From Candidatus Woesearchaeota archaeon (GTDB lineage: Archaea > Nanobdellota > Nanobdellia > Woesearchaeales > SM23-78): a stretch of 64,000 bases of DNA. A program made the translations under genes and the position numbers. Shown one piece after another: positions 53,227-61,358 of the stretch; the stretch's first letter is position 1, and every line of letters begins with the position of its first letter. The notes under the pieces are model-generated. The model saw only the letters and a program-made list of their open reading frames with translations. It was not told the DNA's origin and searched no databases. Location of the stretch: contig JAFGRK010000019.1 of NCBI GenBank assembly GCA_016935175.1, positions 6,037 through 70,036 of the forward strand, written 5' to 3'.

Positions 53227-53576
53227 TTTGTTTTCTTGTCTGTTTTTTTATCTTGGCTTTTCCCTTTTTCTGGGTTCCTGCTCTGCCTTCCAGCTAAATT
53301 ATCATATGATGCCCCTTTTTCCTGGAGCTGTTTAGGGCCAGTGCTTTTCGTAGTTTTCGTGTTTTTTCTTCTTTGCTGACCTGAAATTTTTTGCTCAATG
53401 CTATTCAGCAGCATAATCCTGGCCATATCCTTCTTTATTCTCCTTACATCGCCCGCATTCTTGGGAGGGGTGCCTGTTGCAACCTGCGAGTTTAGTTTGA
53501 TGAGCTCTAGCTCGAGCTCTTTCAGCTTTGCTTTTCTCTCCTCGTTGTTGAGCTGGGCCAATGCCTTAAACTTCAT
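53223..53576 (-). CDS. rpl29: Ribosomal protein uL29 with basic C-terminal extension
   Basis: From ATG 53576 it reads [25 protein letters not shown]. It overlaps the sui1 start by 4 nt and the rps3 end by 11 nt. Confidence 0.85.
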   Translation of the reverse strand: MKFKALAQLNNEERKAKLKELELELIKLNSQVATGTPPKNAGDVRRIKKDMARIMLLNSIEQKISGQQRRKNTKTTKSTGPKQLQEKGASYDNLAGRQSRNPEKGKSQDKKTDKKTK

Positions 53577-54564
53577 TATCGTTCCCCTCTTCAGTTGCCA
53601 TCTCGCCCGGTTCTTCATTCGGCTCTTCATCTTGTGCCGACTCCAGAGGCTCTGATTTAATCGCGTCTATAGTATCATCCTTTTTTTTGCTTGCTTGGGA
53701 TGTTTTGCCTGTTTGGGCTGAAGAGCCTGGCTCTTTTTTCGTGGCTTTTGCTCTTCCACTCCCTGATTTTGATGCGCTTGATGAAGAAGCTTTCTTTTTC
53801 TTTGGCTGCTTTCCCTTTGCTTGGTTGGAAGCTGATTTTCCATCCTTAGCCTCTGGCTCTCCAGAATCGCTTTCATCATTGGGGAGCATCTCCTTTATCT
53901 TTTCTTGCATTTCCACCTGAACATCATCATCAGCAAGCCCCTCTGACTTCTCCAACATCTCATCTGAGCCCGACTTCATCTTTATCTTATCAGGAAGCAC
54001 AGTATCGGGCGTCATTATGCTGACTTTTACCCCGACAACTCCGCTCTTGAGCTTGGCTGCCGCGTAGGAAACCCTTATCTTGGAAACTGCTATGTCACCA
54101 CATTTCTTCAGATATCCCTGGTAAAACCTCCAGGTCTTGGCCCTTGAGCTAGGCACTTTGCCTGCTATGAGTATTTCTACGCCGAAAGCTCCTGCTGACA
54201 AGACATCTGACATGGCCTTGTGGGCTATTCCCTTGAATCTTGATATTCCAAACCTCTCAAGTGAGTTGGCAATCATCTCAGCGATAATATTGGCATCGAG
54301 CCCGATGCTGGTAATCTCATCTATCTCTATCTGGGGGTTCTCGAGCTTGAATACCTCTTTCAGGTCCTTGGTAAGCTTGGTAATGTTAGTCCCTGACCTG
54401 CCCACCACAAGGCCCGGCCTACTGGTGCTTATGACTATCTTCTCGCCCAAGGGAGTCCTTTGCAGCTTAACATCGCTAAGCCCTACTCTTTGCAGGTTGT
54501 TCCTCACATACTCCTTAATCTCGAATTCCTTGATGTTTTGGTTGACAAATTTCCTCTCGATCAC
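53566..54564 (-). CDS. rps3: Ribosomal protein uS3 with ~120 aa acidic/K/S-rich C-terminal extension
   Basis: It has a KH domain (GRSGTNITKLT) and the S3 C-domain, followed by a low-complexity tail. Confidence 0.92.
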   Translation of the reverse strand: MIERKFVNQNIKEFEIKEYVRNNLQRVGLSDVKLQRTPLGEKIVISTSRPGLVVGRSGTNITKLTKDLKEVFKLENPQIEIDEITSIGLDANIIAEMIANSLERFGISRFKGIAHKAMSDVLSAGAFGVEILIAGKVPSSRAKTWRFYQGYLKKCGDIAVSKIRVSYAAAKLKSGVVGVKVSIMTPDTVLPDKIKMKSGSDEMLEKSEGLADDDVQVEMQEKIKEMLPNDESDSGEPEAKDGKSASNQAKGKQPKKKKASSSSASKSGSGRAKATKKEPGSSAQTGKTSQASKKKDDTIDAIKSEPLESAQDEEPNEEPGEMATEEGNDNEV

Positions 54565-54573
54565 AGTTTTCCC

Positions 54574-55089
54574 TCAATTAGTTTTATTATCAGTTTTTGC
54601 TGGCTGAGATTCTTTTACTTCTTTAGCCTTCTTTTGATCCTTTACCTCTTTCTTTGCGGGTTCCATCTCTTGCACTGCAAGCTCTATGTGCACCCTTTTC
54701 ATCCTTATCCTTCTCTTTCGGCCATAATGCATTGGTCTTGGGGCTTGCTGCGCACACGCATGCACAATCATCAATGATGAGCTTAGCCCCTTGTTCTGGG
54801 CATTGGCCTCGAGCAGCTTGAACAGCTTAAGGAGTGACGAGGAAGCTTTCAGGGGATATTTTCCGCTGCCTATTCCTTTCTTGTGCCCTGCTCCCTCTGT
54901 AAATCTCCTAAAAGGCACAGCAATCTGCTGATCCCTTACTTTCTCGATTACTGCCTTGGCTTTTGACAAGGGCATCCCCCTTATGAAATTGCACATCTCT
55001 ATCGCGGTCTTGGTTGATATGGGCATGTCCCTTCCCACAGTCCTAACAACGTTCTCTTTGCCTGACTTAAAAGCATAATTGTACTTCAT
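54574..55089 (-). CDS. rpl22: Ribosomal protein uL22
   Basis: It has the uL22 core and operon position, plus a K-rich tail. Confidence 0.9.
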   Translation of the reverse strand: MKYNYAFKSGKENVVRTVGRDMPISTKTAIEMCNFIRGMPLSKAKAVIEKVRDQQIAVPFRRFTEGAGHKKGIGSGKYPLKASSSLLKLFKLLEANAQNKGLSSSLMIVHACAQQAPRPMHYGRKRRIRMKRVHIELAVQEMEPAKKEVKDQKKAKEVKESQPAKTDNKTN

Positions 55090-55241
55090 GGGCTTTCCTC
55101 AACTTTGATCAATCATAAATCATAACAATCGTAATGATCCTATTAATCCTGACCGAACATGATTTTTCATTTCTGATTTTTAACTTCTAATTTGTCGTAT
55201 TTCGCTTGTCTTTTGCCATTTGTCACTTATCATTTTCGTGC

Positions 55242-55625
55242 TTATTTGACTGATAAGCTGGCGCTTGACCTGGTAGCGCCTATTCCTGGGGCGCTATGGG
55301 TTATCCTCTTCCTTGTAAGAGCGAACTCTCCCAGCCTGTGGCCAATCATCTCCTCTACAATGAATATCTGCTGAAAGCCTTTGCCGTCATGCACCATGAT
55401 GTTTTTGCCCACCATGAAGGGCAGGATAATCATGTCCCTCAAGTGAGTCTTGGCTGGCTTCTTGCTAATCTTTACTTTTTCCAGGAACTGCTTTTCCTTG
55501 TCAGTCAACTTCTTGATCTTTCTCCTTGACTCAGAAGGCAGCAGCTCTGCCAGCTCTGAAAGGCTTAATTTCTGTAGCTCTTCCAGGCTTTTTCCCTGGT
55601 AACTGAAACCTTTGCGCACCATCAT
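55242..55625 (-). CDS. rps19: Ribosomal protein uS19
   Basis: It has MVGKNIMVHDGKGF...GHRLGEFA.TR. Confidence 0.92.
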   Translation of the reverse strand: MMVRKGFSYQGKSLEELQKLSLSELAELLPSESRRKIKKLTDKEKQFLEKVKISKKPAKTHLRDMIILPFMVGKNIMVHDGKGFQQIFIVEEMIGHRLGEFALTRKRITHSAPGIGATRSSASLSVK

Positions 55626-55672
55626 GTTCTTTTCCCTCTGTAGCCTTGTTTGTTCATAAGCTTCTTTCCTGG

Positions 55673-56371
55673 CTATTTGTTCCTTCCAGTATGCCTAGGC
55701 CTTATCATCCCTACCTTCTTTCCAGGAGGGGCGTTTCTGGGCGCGATTGTAGGCCTTCCCTTGTGGCTGCTGGACCTTCCTCCGAATGGGTGGTCTACGG
55801 CGTTCATGCTTGTGCCTGAAACACTAGGCCAGTATTTGTTCTTGGCTTTCATAGCATAATATTTCCTTCCTGCCTTGTAAAAAGGCTTTTCCAGCCTCCC
55901 GCCTCCAGCAGCTGCGCCTATGCAAGCCCTGCAATCAGGATGGAAATCCTTGTATTTTTTTGAAGGCAATAATAGGGTAACTGAATTGTTTGTCTTGGCG
56001 ACAACTTTCGCAGTTACTCCTGATGATTTAACAAACTTCCCCCCATCCCCGGGCTTGTTCTCTATGTTGAAAACCTCGACCCCTTCAGGGACGTTCCTTA
56101 GCTCGAGTATATTGCCTATTCGCACATCCTTGCCGCCTATCTGTATGCTCTGCCCAGTCCTTATCCCTTCAGGGGCAATGAGCAGCGAAGTTGTGTTATC
56201 ATCATATTTAACCCTTGCAAGGGGAGCTGAATGGGCCCTGCAGTCGAGCAGCTCTATGACTGTTGCCTGGCCGTTCTTCCCTATGTTGGTTTTCCCTTCA
56301 AAGCTAAAGCTGGGCCTCCTGAAAGTCGGGCTTCCAGTTCCCCTTTTCTGTGAGGTTATGTTTTTACCCAT
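55673..56371 (-). CDS. rpl2: Ribosomal protein uL2
   Basis: It has the SVSGTSMNAVDHPFGG signature. Confidence 0.95.
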   Translation of the reverse strand: MGKNITSQKRGTGSPTFRRPSFSFEGKTNIGKNGQATVIELLDCRAHSAPLARVKYDDNTTSLLIAPEGIRTGQSIQIGGKDVRIGNILELRNVPEGVEVFNIENKPGDGGKFVKSSGVTAKVVAKTNNSVTLLLPSKKYKDFHPDCRACIGAAAGGGRLEKPFYKAGRKYYAMKAKNKYWPSVSGTSMNAVDHPFGGRSSSHKGRPTIAPRNAPPGKKVGMIRPRHTGRNK

Positions 56372-56434
56372 ATTGCATCAAATCCTTTCTGTTTTTTTTA
56401 TCAACCCGCACATACATTAATCTGCATCAATCAT

Positions 56435-56683
56435 CTACATCAAACCTAACTTGGTGGCTAAGTCTATGGCAGGGCTTTCTGGCGCAAACTGCACATAAGC
56501 CTTTTTCCTGCCCTTATTGTCATTGATAGTGTGGACCTTGGTCACCCTTGCATTGAAAGTCTCCTCAATAGCTTTTTTTATCTGTTGCTTATTGGCCTTG
56601 GCATCCACTACAAACACTAGCTTGTTCTCGGATTCCATGAGCCTTATGGACTTCTCTGTTGAAAGAGGATATTTGATTATCAT
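56435..56683 (-). CDS. rpl23: Ribosomal protein uL23
   Basis: It has the uL23 core (LVFVVDAKANKQQIK) and a 4-nt overlap with rpl4. Confidence 0.9.
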   Translation of the reverse strand: MIIKYPLSTEKSIRLMESENKLVFVVDAKANKQQIKKAIEETFNARVTKVHTINDNKGRKKAYVQFAPESPAIDLATKLGLM

Positions 56684-57600
56684 TGCTCAGCACCTGCTTT
56701 TGCTGTTTTTGTGTTTATCTTCGCAATTGTTTTTCTCGGTGATTTCTTTTCTGTTGCCCTTATCTCTAGTTTATTAGGGTTCGGGCTAATAGTCTTCTTG
56801 CTCAGCCATTTTTGGCTTAAGGAATCCATTGCTTTGGCAGTGAAAAGGGTTATCCTGCCTGCGTGCCCTCCTGGAGCCAAGGCCTCTGCATTCAATGTCG
56901 CTGCATGGATGCAATCAACACCAGGTATGTTGTTCGCGGCTTTCTTGACGTTGCAAATGCCAGAAACCACTATAAGCAGGCTTTTCCTGAAAAGCTTTTT
57001 TCGACCCCTTCTCTTTCCTTTGCCAGGCCTAATTGTCATGCGCGTCGCCTTTTCAAGCTCAGGCATGAACCCCAGCTTATCAAGCACAGCCAAAAGTTCT
57101 TTAGTCTTAGCCACACCCTCAAAATCCTCTGCTACGATGAAGGGGTAACCTGCAGGCAAGATGTGCCCCCTTGATGCGACAACATCCTTCTGCACTGTTG
57201 CGCTGAGGGCTGAGCATAATGCTTTTCTTCTTTCTTTCTCGTTTATTTTCCATTTAAATATCTTCCCTGACTTGGGAGGGTGGGCTTTTCTTCCCCCGAC
57301 AGTTCCAGGGGCAAAATCCCCTACCCAGAAGAACTGCGTCCCTCTTGATGAAAGGATTTTCCTGGGCACCCTGCTTATCCCATACCCGTAGCTTGTCTTG
57401 TAATCCCTTCTCCTCTTGGAAATCTCAACATGGTGCCTCATGCCTGCTTTCTTGTATGCGCCATACGGCTGCCTTTTGTTATTCTGTATTGCGAGTACTG
57501 CTTTCTTTATCAGGTCAAGCCTGAGTGGCTCTTGGAACTGCAATGGCAATTCTTTTTCGCCAATCGTTGCCCCTTCCTTGCTCAATACCTTAATTTTCAT
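56680..57600 (-). CDS. rpl4: Ribosomal protein uL4 with C-terminal extension
   Basis: It has the uL4 core (GGRKAHPPK) and operon position. Confidence 0.9.
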   Translation of the reverse strand: MKIKVLSKEGATIGEKELPLQFQEPLRLDLIKKAVLAIQNNKRQPYGAYKKAGMRHHVEISKRRRDYKTSYGYGISRVPRKILSSRGTQFFWVGDFAPGTVGGRKAHPPKSGKIFKWKINEKERRKALCSALSATVQKDVVASRGHILPAGYPFIVAEDFEGVAKTKELLAVLDKLGFMPELEKATRMTIRPGKGKRRGRKKLFRKSLLIVVSGICNVKKAANNIPGVDCIHAATLNAEALAPGGHAGRITLFTAKAMDSLSQKWLSKKTISPNPNKLEIRATEKKSPRKTIAKINTKTAKAGAEQ

Positions 57601-57645
57601 ATCAGCACGTCTTCATATCAAAATTTCTTTTCATCCATGGCGCCA

Positions 57646-58650
57646 TCATCTGCCTTGCTTTGAGCTTAGGCTGATGTGAGTTATTGTTGGCAAAGCATCT
57701 TCTTTTTTTTGCCTCATTGCCTTAGTCAGGAATATCATTCTCTTGCGCGGGCCAGGCACAGAGCCCTTTACGAGCACATAAGTTGAGTTGACTTTTCCAT
57801 AGCCGGGAAAGCCGTCTTTTGGGTTGATCTCTTCGGGCTTAGAGCCTATCTTCAATATCTGTAGGTTCATCTGGAATCTTTGGTGCATGCCCATCTGGCC
57901 AGAATAAGCAGTCCTGTACATGATATGCTGCTGGCCGCGCCACGGGCCCCTGCTTCCTGGCTGCCTAGTCCCTTTCTCGGTCTTGTGGCTCTTTAAGGCT
58001 ATGCCAAACCTTTTTACAGGCCCTTGTATGCCTTTACCTTTGGTAACTGCTCGCGCATCCACCAGCTGGGACTCCTTGAATACATCTTCTATGGTTATAT
58101 CCTTTTCTAGGTGCGCTTTGGCAAAGTCAAGCTTATCCTTATTTTGACCTGTTAGCTTGAGCTCAAAGAGGTCTGGCTTTTTCTTTTCAAATCCCGACAT
58201 GATGGGCTGGGTATATACCACTAAGCTTATGTCAGCACAATCATCTGGGTTGATGCTGTCAATCCCCTTTATATCCTGAATTTTTTTAGGGATTGAAACC
58301 CTGCGTTGAAGCTCCTTGGATGGCTTCAGGAGAAAATCCTTGTCGACAAATAATCCGTAAGCATTTTTTTTGTAGAAACGGACAGAAAAGATTTTGATGG
58401 GGGGGCACTCAATCACTGTTGTGGGGAAAACAATCTCCTCCCCTTTTGATGGTGAAGTCCTGCGGTTGTCCAGGCCCAATAGATGGGTCATGCCGGCCTT
58501 GTAGCCACAGAAACCCATGGGGGCAGATTTTTCTGAGCCCTTGTCTGCATGAGGATTAGCCCAGCTTCTGATCCTAGGATAAAATCTTTTAGCCCTCTTC
58601 CTAGGCCAGACTCCCATGCTTCCTTTCCTTGGTTTTCTTATGTTTGCCAT
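57646..58650 (-). CDS. rpl3: Ribosomal protein uL3
   Basis: It has PRKGS...GYKAGMTH and FKGKG.QGPVKR. Confidence 0.95.
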   Translation of the reverse strand: MANIRKPRKGSMGVWPRKRAKRFYPRIRSWANPHADKGSEKSAPMGFCGYKAGMTHLLGLDNRRTSPSKGEEIVFPTTVIECPPIKIFSVRFYKKNAYGLFVDKDFLLKPSKELQRRVSIPKKIQDIKGIDSINPDDCADISLVVYTQPIMSGFEKKKPDLFELKLTGQNKDKLDFAKAHLEKDITIEDVFKESQLVDARAVTKGKGIQGPVKRFGIALKSHKTEKGTRQPGSRGPWRGQQHIMYRTAYSGQMGMHQRFQMNLQILKIGSKPEEINPKDGFPGYGKVNSTYVLVKGSVPGPRKRMIFLTKAMRQKKEDALPTITHISLSSKQGR

Positions 58651-58879
58651 TTTGTACCTTTGATTGTAAGCTCACCATGAACAGATTCTGAGCATAGAGC
58701 AAAGCATAGCTCAGTATTGGTGTGATGCGTATGTGTAGAAAGATCCTTTTGCGAAAGCCCCTCATAGAAAACACAAGATAATCTTGACTGCTCTTTGTGT
58801 ACTGAAAAGGGATTTCTTCTCAGGCTTCTTTCTCATCCGGGTTCATTTACCACCCGAACCTAGGGAAAAAACCGCGGGT

Positions 58880-58895
58880 TATTTATAAATGTTTT
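58880..58895 (-). promoter_or_regulatory. Promoter of the L3 ribosomal superoperon (same 16-mer as at 41682..41697), followed by a ~200-nt leader
   Basis: TATTTATAAATGTTTT lies ~230 nt upstream of ATG 58650. Confidence 0.5.
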
Positions 58896-58917
58896 GCTAA
58901 TGAGCCAAAAGAAGCTA

Positions 58918-60288
58918 TTAGTCGTTAGAACGGGCTTGCTTTTTCTTTTTTCCCTGGCCGAAGCGTTCTGAAATGCTGGCTTTTCTCTTGGCATATTGCA
59001 GCGGGTTCTTTATCTTGGCGCAGAATTCGTCTGGCTTGCATATGGAAAGCCCTTTGTAGTAGGCGAGGTTGTTGCAATTGGGAGGAGGAAGGACTTCCTT
59101 ACCTTGCTTTGCATATCTCAACTGACCTAAGATATATTGGGGCCTTAAGGGCTCATAATTCTTCTCATTCCACTCCATAAGCCTTTGTTCTATCATATCA
59201 TAGCCCCAGCCGCAGCTGGAAAGGAAGTTGATGAGCGCAAAGCAGCTCCTCTTCCTGCCGTCCTCAAGACCCGCCAGGATAATCTTGATGCACGGGGGGA
59301 AGTGCTCTTCTCCAATGGCCTTTTCTGGCAGCGAATAGGATTTTTGCTTCGCACCCCCTTTCTCTGCTTCTTGCTCTTCCTGCCCGAAAGAGCCTGATGA
59401 TGGCCTAAAGTCAAAAGCGTTGCGCAAAAGTTTCTCAGCATCGCCACGCGCATCATTTCGCTCTAAAAATGGGTGCTCGATCTTGACATTCTCTGGCTTC
59501 GCATCATCTTTCTTGAACTTGAGAACAGAGTTAACATCTATGGGAACAGACACGAGCCATGATTTCTCATTGAATGAATAGGGCATCCTGTAAAGGTGGC
59601 GCGAGCTGATGAGAAGGGTGTCAATTTCTAGGAATGGGTCGGCATTAAGTTCAGGGATGTCGTCTCCGAACTCATTCTTCTTGTAGCGGATTATCTGCTC
59701 AGCCCTCATGCCTGTTTTTGTGATTACCTTCTGAAAATTATTTTTCTCCACTTTCATTATTGCCTTGCTCAGAGGCTCTTGTATGAGGAACTTGATGTAC
59801 TCCGCTATCCTTTTTGGCGCCTCCGGAAAAAGGTTCTTGACTGGCTGTCCATCAATGCTTTCAGGGAACGCCTCAAAAGGCACTGCTATATGGAATCCTT
59901 TATTTCCTGAGAACTTGCATGTTATTGATTTGACTCCATTATATTTCAGAGCTTTGATAGTATAATGGGCTGCTATCTTGCTGTAATCAAAGAAATGGCA
60001 GTCAATGTCCAGCACTAAGTCCCAGCCTTTTCTGAGAGAATCAAGCTCTTGCCTCCTGAGCTCAGTACTCAATTGCAGAGGAGAAACCCACAACTCCTCG
60101 GAGCAGTGTAAGCTAGTCATCTTCTGCTTTGCCAGCTCAAGTATATCATTAGGATAGGATAGAATCTCTGGGCGCTTACCGAAGAAGTCATCAAAACGAA
60201 AGGCTATCTCCTTGTCCTTGGCGTGCTTCACAATCTCCTTTTGTATGTCTTCTCTCTTGTAGAACGATAATGTCTTAGCTAGGAACAT
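58918..60288 (-). CDS. priS: DNA primase, apparent PriS catalytic domain fused to a PriL-CTD-like Fe-S module
   Basis: The AEP motifs are DLVLDIDC (DxD), SGNKGFHI (SGxxGxH) and RMPYSFN. The C-terminal ~120 aa have FPPCI plus three further Cys (RKRSC, LSSC, PPPNC / ICKPDEFC). Confidence 0.8.
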   Translation of the reverse strand: MFLAKTLSFYKREDIQKEIVKHAKDKEIAFRFDDFFGKRPEILSYPNDILELAKQKMTSLHCSEELWVSPLQLSTELRRQELDSLRKGWDLVLDIDCHFFDYSKIAAHYTIKALKYNGVKSITCKFSGNKGFHIAVPFEAFPESIDGQPVKNLFPEAPKRIAEYIKFLIQEPLSKAIMKVEKNNFQKVITKTGMRAEQIIRYKKNEFGDDIPELNADPFLEIDTLLISSRHLYRMPYSFNEKSWLVSVPIDVNSVLKFKKDDAKPENVKIEHPFLERNDARGDAEKLLRNAFDFRPSSGSFGQEEQEAEKGGAKQKSYSLPEKAIGEEHFPPCIKIILAGLEDGRKRSCFALINFLSSCGWGYDMIEQRLMEWNEKNYEPLRPQYILGQLRYAKQGKEVLPPPNCNNLAYYKGLSICKPDEFCAKIKNPLQYAKRKASISERFGQGKKKKQARSND

Positions 60289-60354
60289 CTTCTCATGCTA
60301 GAAAGCAGAGGGTGTTTTTAAAGAATGCTGTTTTATATTTGGCAGAATAAAAAA

Positions 60355-60364
60355 TTTATAAATA
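60355..60364 (+). promoter_or_regulatory. TATA box for tRNA-Leu
   Basis: TTTATAAATA ends 31 nt upstream of tRNA position 1. Confidence 0.45.
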
Positions 60365-60394
60365 GCACGGGTTTCTTTGCATATGCATCAATGC

Positions 60395-60525
60395 GCGGGT
60401 GTGCCGGAGTGGTCAAACGGGCATGGTTCAGGTGGCGAGAAGGAGGAAGCTTCTGAGGTTTCCTGCGCTCGCATGAAACGCCATGTGACTCAGTGTCTGC
60501 GCAGGTTCAAACCCTGTCACCCGCA
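60395..60525 (+). tRNA. tRNA-Leu(CAG), class II, with ~47-nt intron in the anticodon loop
   Basis: The acceptor stem is GCGGGTG/CACCCGC plus A. The D-arm is CCG-GAGTGGTCAAA-CGG. The anticodon stem is CATGG/CCATG with loop TTCAGG, then the intron. There is a long variable arm (GAC-TCAGT-GTC) and a T-arm GCAGG-TTCAAAC-CCTGT. Confidence 0.75.
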
Positions 60526-60641
60526 TTTTCGTAGAAAATGAGGGCTCAGAACCAGCAGGTTCTGTTATCCGCATTCACGAAGTGAATGTGGGTTCAAAAC
60601 TCCTAAGAGTTTTGTTGCCTTGCACATTTTATAACATCAAC

Positions 60642-60998
60642 ATGAAACCCCCGTTCAAAGAAATTATTGAGGAAGTCTGGGAAGCGATTGACAAGTATAA
60701 ACATGATTTCGTTCTTGTTGAGGGAAAAAATGACCGGGCAGCCTTAGAATCATTGGGTTTCAACAGTGTCCGTGCTATCAACGCCAATAAGCCCTTGTAT
60801 GAGATCATTGAAGAGGTTAATGAGAAAAAGGTTCTCATCCTTACAGATCTTGACAAGGAAGGTAAGCAAATCTACTCTAGGCTGAAGAAGGGCTTAGAGA
60901 GCAGAGGGGTGTTTGTGGATGATACTCTTCGCAACCTGCTTTTCAAGACTGAGCTTAGGCAGGTAGAAGGCCTCTACAACTACCTTAAGCGCTTCTAG
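60642..60998 (+). CDS. Small Toprim-domain protein
   Basis: It has FVLVEGKNDRAAL (Toprim Glu) and ILTDLDKEGK (DxD). ATG 60642 is preferred over the GTG at 60582, which lies inside the hairpin region. Confidence 0.7.
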   Translation: MKPPFKEIIEEVWEAIDKYKHDFVLVEGKNDRAALESLGFNSVRAINANKPLYEIIEEVNEKKVLILTDLDKEGKQIYSRLKKGLESRGVFVDDTLRNLLFKTELRQVEGLYNYLKRF

Positions 60999-61062
60999 CA
61001 ATTAACAATTATAATTGGCTGGGCGAAACCTTTTTATAATGATGTCCTTTCTTGGTTTACAG

Positions 61063-61311
61063 ATGGAAAAAGCTTATATGCTCATCAATACCAAGCAAGG
61101 AAAGCTGAAAATAGTAGAGGCCAAGCTAAAGGAGTATGATGAAATAAAGGAGATACATGAGATTTACGGCCGGTTTGACCTGATTGCTGAGGTTGAGACT
61201 GGAAGCCTGGCTGAGCTGAAGTCTTTTATCCAGAATAAAATCCAAATAATTGAAAGTATTAGGGGCACAGAGACCTTACTGGTCAATGACTTGGAAGAAA
61301 ATCTTGAATGA
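61063..61311 (+). CDS. Stand-alone Lrp/AsnC ligand-binding (RAM) domain protein
   Basis: It has AYMLINTKQGK...IKEIHEIYGRFDLIAEVE..S..EL..F. A TATA (TTTTTATAAT) lies ~25 nt upstream of ATG 61063. Confidence 0.7.
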   Translation: MEKAYMLINTKQGKLKIVEAKLKEYDEIKEIHEIYGRFDLIAEVETGSLAELKSFIQNKIQIIESIRGTETLLVNDLEENLE

Positions 61312-61358
61312 TTGAGAAGCCAAGCAAAGAACTTTTTCTGTTCAACCAAACATGATGC

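Noticed and set aside
58700-58745. tRNA-like fragment (GCATAGCTCAGTATTGGT) in the rpl3 leader
   Set aside because: It resembles a D-arm, but no matching acceptor, anticodon or T arms exist on either strand. It is treated as part of the leader structure.
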